A stretch of 63,245 nt of DNA, filler included, from Chiloscyllium plagiosum (Eukaryota), in assembly GCF_004010195.1 (NCBI RefSeq). It is 4 parts of one record of this genome, joined end to end, with 100 filler letters (N's around TTAATTAATTAA, not from the genome) between each part and the next. Parts side by side here need not be neighbours in the genome. Positions count along the whole stretch, not along the records: positions 36,950 to 63,245 come from NC_057712.1; 3 more parts are not named here. One strand, given 5' to 3'. The translations under genes were made by a program, and so were the position numbers. The notes below the pieces were generated by a model. It saw only the letters and a program-made list of their open reading frames with translations, made no database searches and was not told where the DNA came from. Below, one piece after another: positions 49,534-61,410 of this stretch. Positions within the stretch are counted from its first letter, which is position 1, and every line of letters begins with the position of its first letter.

Positions 49534-50654
49534 CTACAATGTTCAGGAGGAGGAAAAGGAAGTCATGGAGTAAAATATTTGTGTTGGAAGTATCATCCAG
49601 CACTTAGAATGAGAGTTATCATTATTACAAAACTTAATGTTATTTATGTGCTATTCCTATTTCAAAAGAACAGAAATGTATTGCTTTCACTGGTGCTGAT
49701 TTGAAGATTATTCTCAAACCTTCAGCTGAATTAATTTAGCACGTACTTTAACATTCTTCAGCAGTCTTTCTGACCCTGTCTGTTTCAGCTCACTTTTACA
49801 TGATTTTTTTTGCCTGTGGTTTAAATTCCTCAGGAACAGTGAGCTCTTTCAGTTCATTCTCCTGTGGTGCAGTTCTGCTGTTACTGTATAAATACTGTCT
49901 AGCAAGGAGTAAATACAACCATTGATGGTGACTTACCCCTTACTTGCAAGAGCAGTACAGAACTACACTGTTCCAGGTACAATGCACAAAGTGCATCAAT
50001 GCAACAAAACTCACCGAAAACAGTAACATAGGTGAGATTCTTAACCTCTACTCCCTACAACCATTATCATTCCCCCGACCTACCCCCTCCCTCACCACCC
50101 CCAATTCCCACACCTCCATATTCCAGGAGACACAGGCAGAAATGCTGTCACTGAAAACAGGCAGCAAGGTTTTTAAAGATGAAGCAGGTCCCAGGAATCC
50201 AGGGACAGATTAAGGGTGCAGCTAAATTGGAGATTCACTGAATCTACATTGGGTTCTCCAGTACCCTACTATATGAGTCACACAATGGCCGTGGCTTGTG
50301 GAATCAGAATGACACTACTGTCACATTGTGATAATGCCTCATGATAAAACAAGTTACAATATCTTTCCCTTTGACAGCTGATGACCAGTTACGAGACCAA
50401 CTTGCTCAAAATGTCAGGGTTTTGATTCCAATTTTTATAAAAAGCTAGCAGTTTGCTAATCCCAAGGTGTGCCTTCCTAAGCAAATGCCTTGTGATAGTG
50501 TCAGCTCTGCTGGGGGCAGTGGCCTAGTGATAAAACCCCAGACTAACATTCTAAGATATGGGTTTGAATTCACTGTGGCAGATGAAAATCGAGACTGCCG
50601 CAAAAACATGTCTGGTTCTACACTTTAGGGATGGAAATCTTTGAGTCTACGTTT

Positions 50655-51196
50655 GATTTAGATTAGATTAGATTACAGTGTGGAAACAGGCCCTTCGGCC
50701 CAACAAGTCCACACCGACCCGAAACCCACCCATACCCCTACATTTACCCCTTACCTAACACTACNNNNNNNNNNNNNNNNNNNNNNNNNNNNNNNNNNNN
50801 NNNNNNNNNNNNNNNNNNNNNNNNNNNNNNNNNNNNNNNNNNNNNNNNNNNNNNNNNNNNNNNNNNNNNNNNNNNNNNNNNNNNNNNNNNNNNNNNNNNN
50901 NNNNNNNNNNNNNNNNNNNNNNNNNNNNNNNNNNNNNNNNNNNNNNNNNNNNNNNNNNNNNNNNNNNNNNNNNNNNNNNNNTGTGGACTTGTTGGGCCGA
51001 AGGGCCTGTTTCCACACTGTAAAGTAATCGAATAATCTTTGGATGGTGGGAGAAAACCGGAGCACCTGGAGGAAACCCACGCAGATTTAGGGAGAACGTG
51101 CAAACTCCACACAGTCAGTCGCCTGAGGCGGGAATTGAACCTGGGTCTCTGACGCTGAGAGGCAGCAGTGCTAACCACTGTGTCACCGTGCCGCCC
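50655..51196 (-). mobile_element. HE1 V-SINE(s) spanning a 217-N gap, nested in an L2-tailed SINE
   Basis: Minus-strand tail at 50655-50764, plus-strand tail at 50982-51030, minus-strand head at 51035-51196. Confidence 0.8.
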
Positions 51197-51921
51197 ACAA
51201 AGTAATTGATTCCAAAGTCATTGAAATAACTCTTAACTGTAGTTAGGGATGGACAATAAATGCTGGCTCAGCCAGCCCATTGAGTAATTTTAAAAAGACA
51301 ACCACTACAATAAACCAGTGGCTCTTGAAACTCATTCAAAGTTTGCTTCAAATATCAGTAGGAAACCAACAGTACTCTCTAGAAGTTTCAACTCAACCAA
51401 CTTGCTACTCAGCAAAGCAGTGTTGTCACTGGAAGCCTGCAGTCTACATCTCGTCCACTGTCCCATAGTGAAATCAAAACCTTAAACAATGATGATGCTC
51501 TTAAGATTAAAATGCTTACTTTAATGACCTTCACTGCCTTAACATTAAATATCCTTAATACAATATAAATAATTATGAGTAAAGGACCCATACTGGGTCT
51601 TGAATGCTCTCATTTTATTTTCAACAAATTGGATTGAAATCGTGCAGTGCAGTGTTTGTAATGGAACATTAGTATATTCATTTAAAATCAATTTTGTTAT
51701 TTAGTGGGACCATTATCTGCTATATTTTTAAATAGATTGGTACCTTTGATAATATCGTGGAAAATCTGGCCTACATTCTCTGTTTCTTACTTACAATTTA
51801 CGGAGCAGTAATTAATCCAGCTAGAAAGGGTTTATTGAGCAAGAACAGGAATTACATAAACATTAGCAAAAAAGACCCATGTCCAACAAGATATATCTAA
51901 AACAGTGAAGAAAATACTCAC

Positions 51922-51975
51922 AGCTGGGCCAGGTGGACCTGCAGGACCAACATCACCCGGCACTCCTTGGTCACC
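51922..51975 (-). CDS. Collagen triple-helix exon, 54 bp (GDQGVPGDVGPAGPPGPA); type IX/FACIT-like collagen
   Basis: Minus strand reads ...tttctttattttgaaaAG|GGTGACCAA...CCAGCT|GTGAGT. Six perfect Gly-X-Y triplets, canonical 54-bp phase-0 collagen exon. Confidence 0.95.
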
Positions 51976-52544
51976 CTTTTCAAAATAAAGAAACATGGAT
52001 GGTGAATTTCTGAATGATTTACAACATTCAGTTAGAGTCTGTCTACTAACACTAATGTAGTAAAATTAAAATATACATTATGACATTTGTATTTTGACAT
52101 GGCACTATAAATATGCCAGGTAATCAAAGATCAGTGAAGATTATGAAGCTGTAGTGGAAAGAAGCAGTGTCTTAGATTTCCAGCATCTGGAGTATTTCTC
52201 TTTTGATGATACTTCAATTTTCAGTCATTATCTTCAACACCACTTGTGCATGCTCAGGAAATGTTCCTGATTTCTTCTAGATCAGGATACTGAACCAATT
52301 GTGACGTTATAGTTCTCAGATAACATTTGGGTGACAATATTGCATCTCATTCTTTACATAATAACACTAATAAATATTGAAAAAGCTCTTTGAAAGTAAT
52401 AAAACATCTCAAGGTGTTCCATGAAGATTAACAAAATGACATTCAACATTGTATCACATGCGTTGATATCAGGATAGGCAACCAAAGACTTGGTCAAGGT
52501 TTTATAGGAGGAAAAAAAAGTGGAGAGGTTCAGGAAGATACAGA

Positions 52545-55500
52545 ATGTGGGAGCTTGTAGGTGCCAGTGTGATCTATGGCAAACACATCTGCATAAATAT
52601 CTGTGGCTTGAGTCAAAGTCATGGCCTTGAAGCTATTTGCAGCTACCAGAATGCAGAAGGACAGGGAAAGTTATCTGTTTATTTTGTACCAGGTAGCAGT
52701 CACATAGCATAGGATTAGGTATTCTGATTTGATTCGGGATCAGAGACAGAGGGTGTGACTGGGACTTGGGCAGGTAAGGTGATCAAGGATGCAGAACTGG
52801 AGGACCCTCAGTCTTTGCAACGACTTTGAGATTCTTTCAAAGAAACATAGAAAGAGCAGATGCAGACCATTCAACCTTCCAAGCCTGTTCTGCAATTCAA
52901 TATGATCATCCAACTCAGTACCCTGTTCCTGTTTTCACCATGTACTCTTTGATCAATTTAAGTCCTAAGAACTAAGTTTAAGTCCTTCTGGAAAACATTC
53001 AATGGTTTGGCCTCAATCACTTTCTGTGACAGAAAGTTCCACAGACTCACCATTTTCTGGGGGGAAGAAAATTCTCCTGATCTCAATACTAATTGGCCTA
53101 TCCTGTATCCTGAGACTGTGACCCCTGGTTCTGGACTCCATGGTCATCAGGAAGCCTTCCTGCATTTACCTGCATTTAGGCAAAAGTGAGGACTGCAGAT
53201 GCTAGAAACCAGAGTTCAGATTAGAGTGGGGCTGGAAAAGCACAGCAGGTCAGGCAGCATCTAAGGAGCAGGAAAATCGATGTTTCAGACAAAATTTTCG
53301 GAACCTCTTTACCTGCATAAAACTAGTCAAAGAGTCTTAGAGTCCTACAGCATGGACTCGGGTCCTTCGGCCCAAACTGGTCCATGCCAACCTGTTTGAA
53401 TTTCATAGCCTTCTGAGATCTTCCCTCGTTCTTCTAAACACCAGTGAATACAGTTCTAACCAAACCAGTGTCTCTTCATACATCAGTCCTGCCATCACAG
53501 GGATCAATTTGGTAAACATTTATTGCACTCCCTCCACAGCCAAAACATCCTTCCTCAGATGAGGAGACGAAAACCTCTCACAATACTCAAGATGTGGTTT
53601 CACCAAAGCCCTGTACAATTGCAGCAAGATATCTCTGCTCCTTTCAACTTCAGACTATGAAACTCTTTTTCCCAGAGTTGAAATGCTTAATACTAGAGAG
53701 CATGCATTAAAAGTAAGATGGGGAAAGTTCAAAGAAGATATAAGGGATATGTTTTTTACTCAGGAAATGGTAGGTGCCTGGAACATGCTGCCAGGGGTAA
53801 TGGTGGAGGCAGATACCATAGGGGTTTAAGGGATTTTTAGATAAGCACATGAATAAACAAGATTTGGAGATGCTGATGTTGGACTGGGGTGTACAAAGTT
53901 AAAAATCACACAACACCAGGTTATAGTCTAACAGGGTTTAATTGGAAGCACACTAGTTTCGGAACGCTGCTCCTTCATCAGGTGATTGTGGAGATGAAGG
54001 AGCAGCGCTCCGAAAGCTAGTGTGCTTCCAATTAAACCTGTTGGACTATATCCTGGTGTTGTGTGATTTTTAACTATGAATAAACAAGGAATGGAGGGAT
54101 ATGGACCATGGACAGGCAGAAAGAATTAGTTTAACTTGGCGTCATGTTCGGCATAAGATGGTGGGCCAAAGAGCCTGTTCCTGCTCTGTACTGTTCTATG
54201 TTCTATGTTAAATGGATGAGAGCAAGAGTTGCAACAAACTAGAAGTGGCACTGTGGTACAGGATGCCAAAGCAATAGTCCAGAGGGCTATGTTGCTTCCC
54301 CAGTATATCTGCTCTGGCTATTCAGAAACTTGCAGTAGAAGAGTGAGGTTCCAGTCATTGTGATTCATGCTGGGCAATATGGTGGGACAGTGGTTAGCCA
54401 GGGACCCAGATTCATTTCCAGCCTTGGGTAACTGTGTGGAGTTTGCACATACTCCATTTTTCTCATAGGTTTCCTCCCACAGTCCAAAGATGTGCAGGTT
54501 AGGTGGATTGGCTATTCTAAATTGCCCTCTAATGTCCAGGGATGTATAGGCTAGGGGAGTTTAGCCTTGGTTCGTGAGGGTTTGCAGGGATAAGATGGGT
54601 GAGTCGGTGTAGGTGGGATGCTTTTCAGAGGGTAAGTGCAGACTGAATGGGCCAAATGGCCTCTACCTGCACTGCAGGGATTTAGAGATCTCTGATGTAG
54701 GAATGAATGACAGGTAGAAAAAGGAAAGAGGTTTTGCTGAGTGTGTTTGAGCAACTGGGGATAAATTAGATAGAGGAACCTTACAGGCAATACTCTCTCA
54801 TGATCACCTGAGCCATGAGTACATTGGAATCGGATGAATAAGATCAGAATTAAATGTGTGGTTCAAATGTTGGTATGGTAGAAAAGAGTTTCAATTCATG
54901 TGGCACAGCCATCAGTACAGGGGGAAAGGGAGCTATACCAGAAGGATGGTCTTTATCTGAACCATACTGGGTGCAGTATCCTGGTGAGTTGTATAATTAG
55001 GGTAATAAGAGTTTTAAACTACATAATATAACAACAGATCAAGAGTAGAAACATCTAATAAATTAAAGAGAGAGGACAAGGCAAGTCAACAAGGTAGCAA
55101 TAATGGAAATGATAACCAGAGTATGGCAGAGTATGACATAGCATAATGGCCAGCAGATAATGACGAGAGGTTATGAAAATGGTTTAAAAAGGAACTAAAG
55201 TCTCAGTATCTGAATTCACAGTGTTCATAATGAAAAAGATAAATTGACCCTTCAAACCGAAATAAATTTTCACAGTCAACAGCTACTGCTGAGGCAAGGT
55301 TGCAAGATGATAAAGGTTGAGAGTTAAATGTCCAAGATACATGTCACTCCAGATAGGACAGAATGTAAAATCAGCAAGATTAACTAACGAACAGAGGGAG
55401 AATTTAGAATATAAGAGATAGTTAGCTAAAAGTATAAAAACATAGAGTAAGAGTTTTTACAGATATTTAAAAATTAAAAGAGTGAGTAAAGAGAGCAGTT

Positions 55501-55590
55501 GTCCTGAGAGGAAGCTCAGGAATTTAATATAAAATTTTTAAAAATGTCAATGAATTGAATGGCTGTTTGCTCCATCTTCACTGTAGAAGG
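52545..55590 (+). mobile_element. Old CR1 LINE including ORF1 (zinc finger/coiled coil, SGNH-esterase-like) and start of ORF2, with several nested younger insertions
   Basis: WELVGASVIYGKHIC..EDPQSL..FEIL; PEP..HWNRMNKIR..NVWFKCW...F.FMWH.HQY..ELYQKDGLYLNHTG. Confidence 0.7.
53862..54075. mobile_element. PLE family B fold-back mini-element, 13-bp TSD
   Basis: TSD atgaataaacaag at 53849-53861 and 54076-54088. Arms meet at back-to-back hammerhead motifs (53953-54021). Confidence 0.92.
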
Positions 55591-55592
55591 TA

Positions 55593-57380
55593 GAGTCATA
55601 GAGTCATAGAGATGTACAGCACAGAAACAGCCCTTTCAGTCCAACTTGTCCACACTGACCAGATATTCCAACCCAATCCAGTCCCACTTGCCAGCACCTG
55701 GCCCATATCCCTCCAAACCCATCCTATTCATACGCCCATCCAGATGACTTTCAAATATTGCAATTGTACTAGCCTCCACCGCTTCCTCTGGCAGCTAATT
55801 CCATACACCTATCACCCTCTGAGTGAAAACATTGCCCCTTAGGTCTCTTTTATATCTTTCCCCTCTCACCCCAAACTTATGCCCTCCCCCACCTCAGGGA
55901 AAAGACTTTGTCTATTTATCCTATCCATGCTCCTCATGATTTTATAAACCTCTATAAGGTCACCCATCAGCCTCTGGTGCTCCTGGGAAATAAGCTCTAG
56001 TCTATTCAACCTCTCCCATTAGCTCAAATCCTCCAACCCTGGCAACATCCTTATAAATCTTTTTTGAACCCTTTCAAGTTTCACAACATCCTTCTGATGG
56101 GAAGGAGACCAGAATTGCACACAATATTCCAAAAATGGCCTAACCAACCATCCTGTACAGTCTCAACATGACCTCCTAACTCCTGTACTCAATACTCTGA
56201 CCAATAACATTGCCTCTTGGGTGGCACGGTGGCACAGTTGGTGGCACGGTGGCACAGTGGTTAGCACTGCTGCCTCACAGCGTCAGAGACCCGGGTTTAA
56301 TTCCCACCTCAGGCGACTGACTGTGTGGAGTTTGCACGTTCTCCCCATGTCTGCGTGGGTTTCCGCCGGGTGCTCTGGTTTCCTCCCACAGTCCAAAGAT
56401 GTGCAGGTCATGTGAATTGGCTATGCTAAATTGCCCATAGTGTTAGGTAAGGGGTAAATGTAGAGGTATGGGTGGGTTGCGCTTCGGCGGTGCGGTGTGG
56501 ACTTGTTCGGCCGAAGGGGCTGTTTCCACATTGTAAGTAATCTAATCTAATCTAATAAAGGAAAGCATACCAAACGCTTTCTTCATTATCCTAGCTACTT
56601 GCGACTCCACTTTCAAGGAGCTATGAATCTGCACTCCAAGGCCTCTTCGTTCAGCAACACTCCTGAGAACCTTGCCATTAAGTGTATATGTCTTGCTAAG
56701 ATTTGCTTTCCCAAAATGCAGCACCTCACATTTAATTAAATTAAACTCCGTCTGCCACTTCTCAGCCCTTTGGCCCATCTGATCAAGATCCCATTGTAAT
56801 CTCAAGTAACATTCTTCGCTGTCCACTACACCTCCAACTTTGGTGTCATCTACAAACTTACTAACTGTACCTCTTATGCTCACATCCCAATCATTTATAT
56901 AAATGATGAAAAGTAGTGGACCCAGCACCGATCCTTGTGTCCACTAGTCACAGACCTCCAGTCTGAAAAACCACCCTCTGTCCCTTTCAGCCAGTTCTGC
57001 ATCCAAATGGCTAATTCTCCTTGTATTCCATGAGATCTAACCTTGCTAACCAGTGTCCCATGGGGAAACTTGTCGAACGCCTTACTGAAGTCCATACAGA
57101 TCCCATTTACTACTCTGCCCTCATCAATCCTCTTTGTTCCTTTTTCAAAAAAAATCAATCAAGTTTGAGACATGATTTCCCAGTCACAAATCTATGTTGA
57201 CTATCCCTAATTAGTCCTTGTCTTTCCAAATGCTTGTACATCCTGTCCCTCAGGATTCCATCTAACAACTTGCTCACCACTGATGTCAGGCTCACTGGTC
57301 TACAGTTCCCTGGTTTGTCCTTACCACCTTTCTTAAACATTGGCATCACGTTAGACAACCTCAGTCTTTCGGCACCAATC
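55593..57380 (-). mobile_element. Young CR1/HER1 LINE with nested HE1 SINE (56219-56553, +)
   Basis: ORFs 56542-56928, 56895-57158 and 57155-57382 carry RT motifs; tail (atagagtc)n. Confidence 0.93.
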
Positions 57381-58573
57381 ATGAAATGAAGTAGAAGGAG
57401 GAACGTAAAACAATTACACTCACTGAGGAAGTTTACTGGGAATGTTATTAGAACTAAAAGCGGACTGAGATAGTGGATATGCTGTTTTAACTGGTTTCAT
57501 TATTTTCAAAATTCCCTAGATTCTGGCCTGTCGCTGCCAGCATATCCTGCCTTGGAAATGAAGCCCAAAACTGCTCACAATATTCCAAATGTGGTCTGAC
57601 CAAAGCCTTCTACATCCTTAGCAGTACCTCTTTGCTCTTGTATTCTAGCCTTTTTGAAATGAATGCTAACATTGCATTTCCCTTCCTAACTGTCAACTGA
57701 ACCTCCAAGTTTAAGAGAAACTTGAAATAAGACTCCTAAGTCCCTTGTGTTTCAGATTTCCAAAGCCTTCTCCCATTTATAAAATAATCTACACCTCTAT
57801 TCTCCTAAAATGCATAATTTCATACTTTCCCACATTACGTTCTATCTGCCACTTTTTTGCCTACTCTTCAGGTCTATCCAAGTACATCTGAAGCCTTCCC
57901 ACTTCCTCAACACTACCTGTCCCTCTACTAATCCTTGTGTCATCTGCAAACTTAGCAGTTCCTTCACCCAGATCATTAATGTATAATGTGAAGAGTTAAG
58001 GTTCCCACTAGAACTCTACTAGATACTAGCTGCCATCCTGAAAAGATCTCTTTATCCCCCCCTGTCTGCCTTCTGTCAGTCAGCCAATCCTCTAGCCATG
58101 TCAGTACCTTGCCCCTAATGCAATAGGCTCTTATTTAATGGTCTCCTGTGCTGCACCTTGTAAAAAGCCCTCTGAAAATCCAAATAGAGCATGTCCACTG
58201 GCTCCCCTTTGTCTAACCTATTTGTACCAAAGACTGAACTATTAAAGTAACTTTACCTGTGGCCAATCTTTATGTCTGTCTGACTGTGAACACATGTGTG
58301 CATGATGTTGAGTTGGTCATGTTGCATTATTTCCAAGGCAAAAGTATGAGAATAAATAATCTAAGACCAAAAGATCATAAGGTCTAGGAATGGAATGAGA
58401 GAGCAGAGAAGACAGCTGGAGGTCAGTGAATCCATGCTGCTAAGCAGTTGAAGCTCAGGAAAGCCTTGGATCATTGTGCAATTCAAAGGAAGCTGTCTGC
58501 CAGACAATAAAATTCAGGAATTAAAAGTTTGCAAGCAGTCGTGGTCTGCAACTGAAGCTGGCAATTGAGACAA

Positions 58574-58784
58574 AGCTGAAAAATGTGTTGCTGAAAAAGC
58601 GCAGCAGGTCAGGCAGCATCCAAGGAGCAGGAGAATCGACATTTCGGGCATAAGCTAGGAGAAAGTGAGGACTGCAGATGCTGGAGATCAGAGCTGAAAA
58701 ATGTGTTGCTGGAAAAGCGCAGCAGGTCAGACAGCATCCAAGGAACAGGAGAATCGACGTTTCAGGCATAAGCCCTTCTTCAGG
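58574..58784 (-). mobile_element. Tandem PLE family A pLTRs; hammerhead motif at 58756-58783 (-)
   Basis: Two direct copies. Minus strand CTGAAGA-A-GGGC-TTAT-GCCT-GAAA-CG-TC. Confidence 0.88.
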
Positions 58785-60393
58785 CAAAGACTCACATGAG
58801 ATCAGGATGTTCTGCTCAGAACAGCTGGTGAGCTATTTGAGTGTTGACTTTATTTTGTTTCTTTAAAATCATGGAATCTTGTGGCAGATAACTGGAATTT
58901 CAAATGTGATCTATTTTAAATACAGTATCCATACTTGGGAGCTCACCTCAGAGTGAATCCAAATGTAGGAGCCTTATCTGAGATTATAAACAAATTTTAA
59001 TGTCTGCTCTGGGATTGGAGTAAAACAATCAACTGAGATTGCAGGTGTTGCAGTATTGCAGTGTTGCTTCTCAATTATGTTGGCTCAGAAGTGTTTAACT
59101 TTTCAAAAATAACCTCGTCCTCACAAAAGGAAAATAACTGAAGCATCTTTGGACATAACTGGGATCTTATATCCTAACTTTTCCAGTAAGTCACCTCTAC
59201 AAAGTCCTTCTAAAATTGTGATGCCTCAGAATCGAACACAACATTCTGGCTGAGATTAACCCAGACTTTTATTAAGAGGCTTGTACAACTTCCTTGCTTT
59301 TGGATAAATCACACAGAATACCTCATAAATCTACCATGCTCAGCAGTCCTTAAAATGTCTGAAGTAAATGCAACACTCCATTGAGGTGTTCAACACTTCA
59401 TAGGTATAATTAAACTTTTTAACTGACATTCAGTTATAAAATAGAACCAGCGTGATACTAATTACACAAAGACAGCGAGGCATTCCCTTTATTCCTTCTT
59501 TGGAACAAGGCGCCATATAAATCTGGATTCATTTTCTTTTGTTGGTGAGATCAAAGGCATCAGGACAAATTTCGCAATTACTCACTAAGACAGAAATTCT
59601 GAACGATTGATTTTAAGATCCTGATCGACTCAGTCTTACTAAGTCTTAGAAGTCTTACAAACAAATCGTTGAATTTGTTAAGGAAATGTCTAGTCATTCT
59701 GTTCATTGGAAATTACAATAATGAATCAGCTAATGATCACAGACCAATTAATTTCAGCAAATCTTTGACCTAACATGCCTGAGAAGATGAAAAACATATT
59801 TCAGTGGACGAATGAACCTCTCCACAGGCGCACTACTGTGAACCTAAAGTTTTAAATTCCAGACAGTTTCGTTGGAACATAGAACTGCACACAAGGAGAC
59901 CATTCAGTCCATCATGCCTTTGTCAACTCTTTCAAACAGCTTTCCAATTTTTTTTTAATATTCCCTTGTGAGGTGTGGGCATCACTCACTGGGCCAGTAT
60001 TTATTACCCAATCCCTAGATGCCCTTGAGATAGTAGTAGTGAGTTGCCTCTTAGCCCCACTCCCCTGCTCTTTCCACATAGCTCCATCAAGATTTACTTT
60101 CCAAATGATAATCTGAATCCCTCAAAAATCTTCCAATTTAATCTATTGTCACTACTCTTTTAAGTCATGCATTCTAAACCATAACAATTCACTAGGTTCA
60201 AAAAAATTCTAAACTCACCTTTAGTTCTTTGCCAACTACCTTGAATCGGGTGTCCTGTGGTCACCTCTACTACTCAAAACAGTTTCTCATTGTTAATTCT
60301 ATCAAAGCTATCAAACTTCAATCCAATCCCTGCTTACCTTCTACTCAAATGAAAATAGCAACAACTTCACTGGTGGTCCACATAGCTGAGGTT

Positions 60394-60678
60394 TTAGATT
60401 AGAATCCCTATAGTGTAAAAACAAGCCATTTGGCCCAACAAGTCCACACCAAGCTTCTGAAGAGTAACCCACCCAGACCCATTTCCTCCTGACTCATGCA
60501 CCTATCAATATGGGCAATTTAACATAGCCAATTCACCTGACCTGCACACCTTTGGACCACACAGACACAGACAGAATGTGCAAACTCCACACAGACAGTC
60601 ACAGACAGAGGCTGGGATTGAACCCAGGTCTTTGGCGCTATGAAGCAGCAGTGCTAACCAATGAGCCACCATGCTGCC
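60394..60678 (-). mobile_element. HE1-type V-SINE (internal deletion)
   Basis: Reverse complement of the HE1 head and tail. Confidence 0.85.
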
Positions 60679-60859
60679 TCTGGTGCCACAGATTTGGTTT
60701 CTGTTCTGTCAGCAGAGATGATCATCCATATTCTATTAACATTTCTTGTGAATGTGATTAACAAAGTAACAATGACCAGATAATCCACGTTTTGTCAAGT
60801 TGTTTGGGGATACGCTTTAGCCAGGACACAAAGAAGCAAAATAGTTGTGGGGCAGTGAT

Positions 60860-61410
60860 ACGCTGTATAAACGTTGGTTAGGCCACAGCTGGAGAATTGT
60901 GTGTCGTTTTGGTCACCACACTATAGGAAGGATGGGGTGCAGAGGAGATTCACCAGAATGTTGCCTGGGATAAAACAGTTGAGCAGTGAAGAGAGGCTGG
61001 ATTAGCTCTGGTTGTTTCCTTTAGAACAGAGAAGGCTAAGGGAGGAGATGATTGAGGTATATAAGACTAGTAGTGGAGCATGGACAGGGTGGATAAAAAA
61101 CAGCTGCTTCCTTTAGTTGAAGGGCTAATAACAACAGAGCAAATTTTAATGTGAAGGTCAAGAGGTTTAGAGGGGATTTGAAGAAATAATTTTTTTCAGT
61201 CAAAGAGAATCTGGAATGCACTGCCTGGGAAGGCAGTAGAGGCAGGAAATCTCACAGCTTTAAAAAGTACGTAGATGAGCATTTGAAATTTCATAACATT
61301 CAAAGCTATGGATCAAGTGTTGAAAAGTACTTTATTGAAAAGTAATTGACAGAAGTGTAGCTAGAGCAGCATAGACTCAATGGACTGAAAAGCCTCTTCT
61401 GTACGATATG
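60860..61410 (+). mobile_element. CR1 LINE 3' fragment
   Basis: LYKTLVRPQLENCVSFWSPHYRKD. Confidence 0.82.

Noticed and set aside
49931..49975. Strong minus-strand donor GG|GTAAGT in the collagen intron
   Set aside because: Upstream sequence is not Gly-X-Y, and the nearest AGs give 26 or 31 nt (frame-breaking) with weak pyrimidine tracts.
50676..51020. Perfect 39-bp inverted repeat flanking a 217-N gap
   Set aside because: Both arms are HE1 tail sequence, so this is an oppositely nested SINE or a mis-assembly at a gap.
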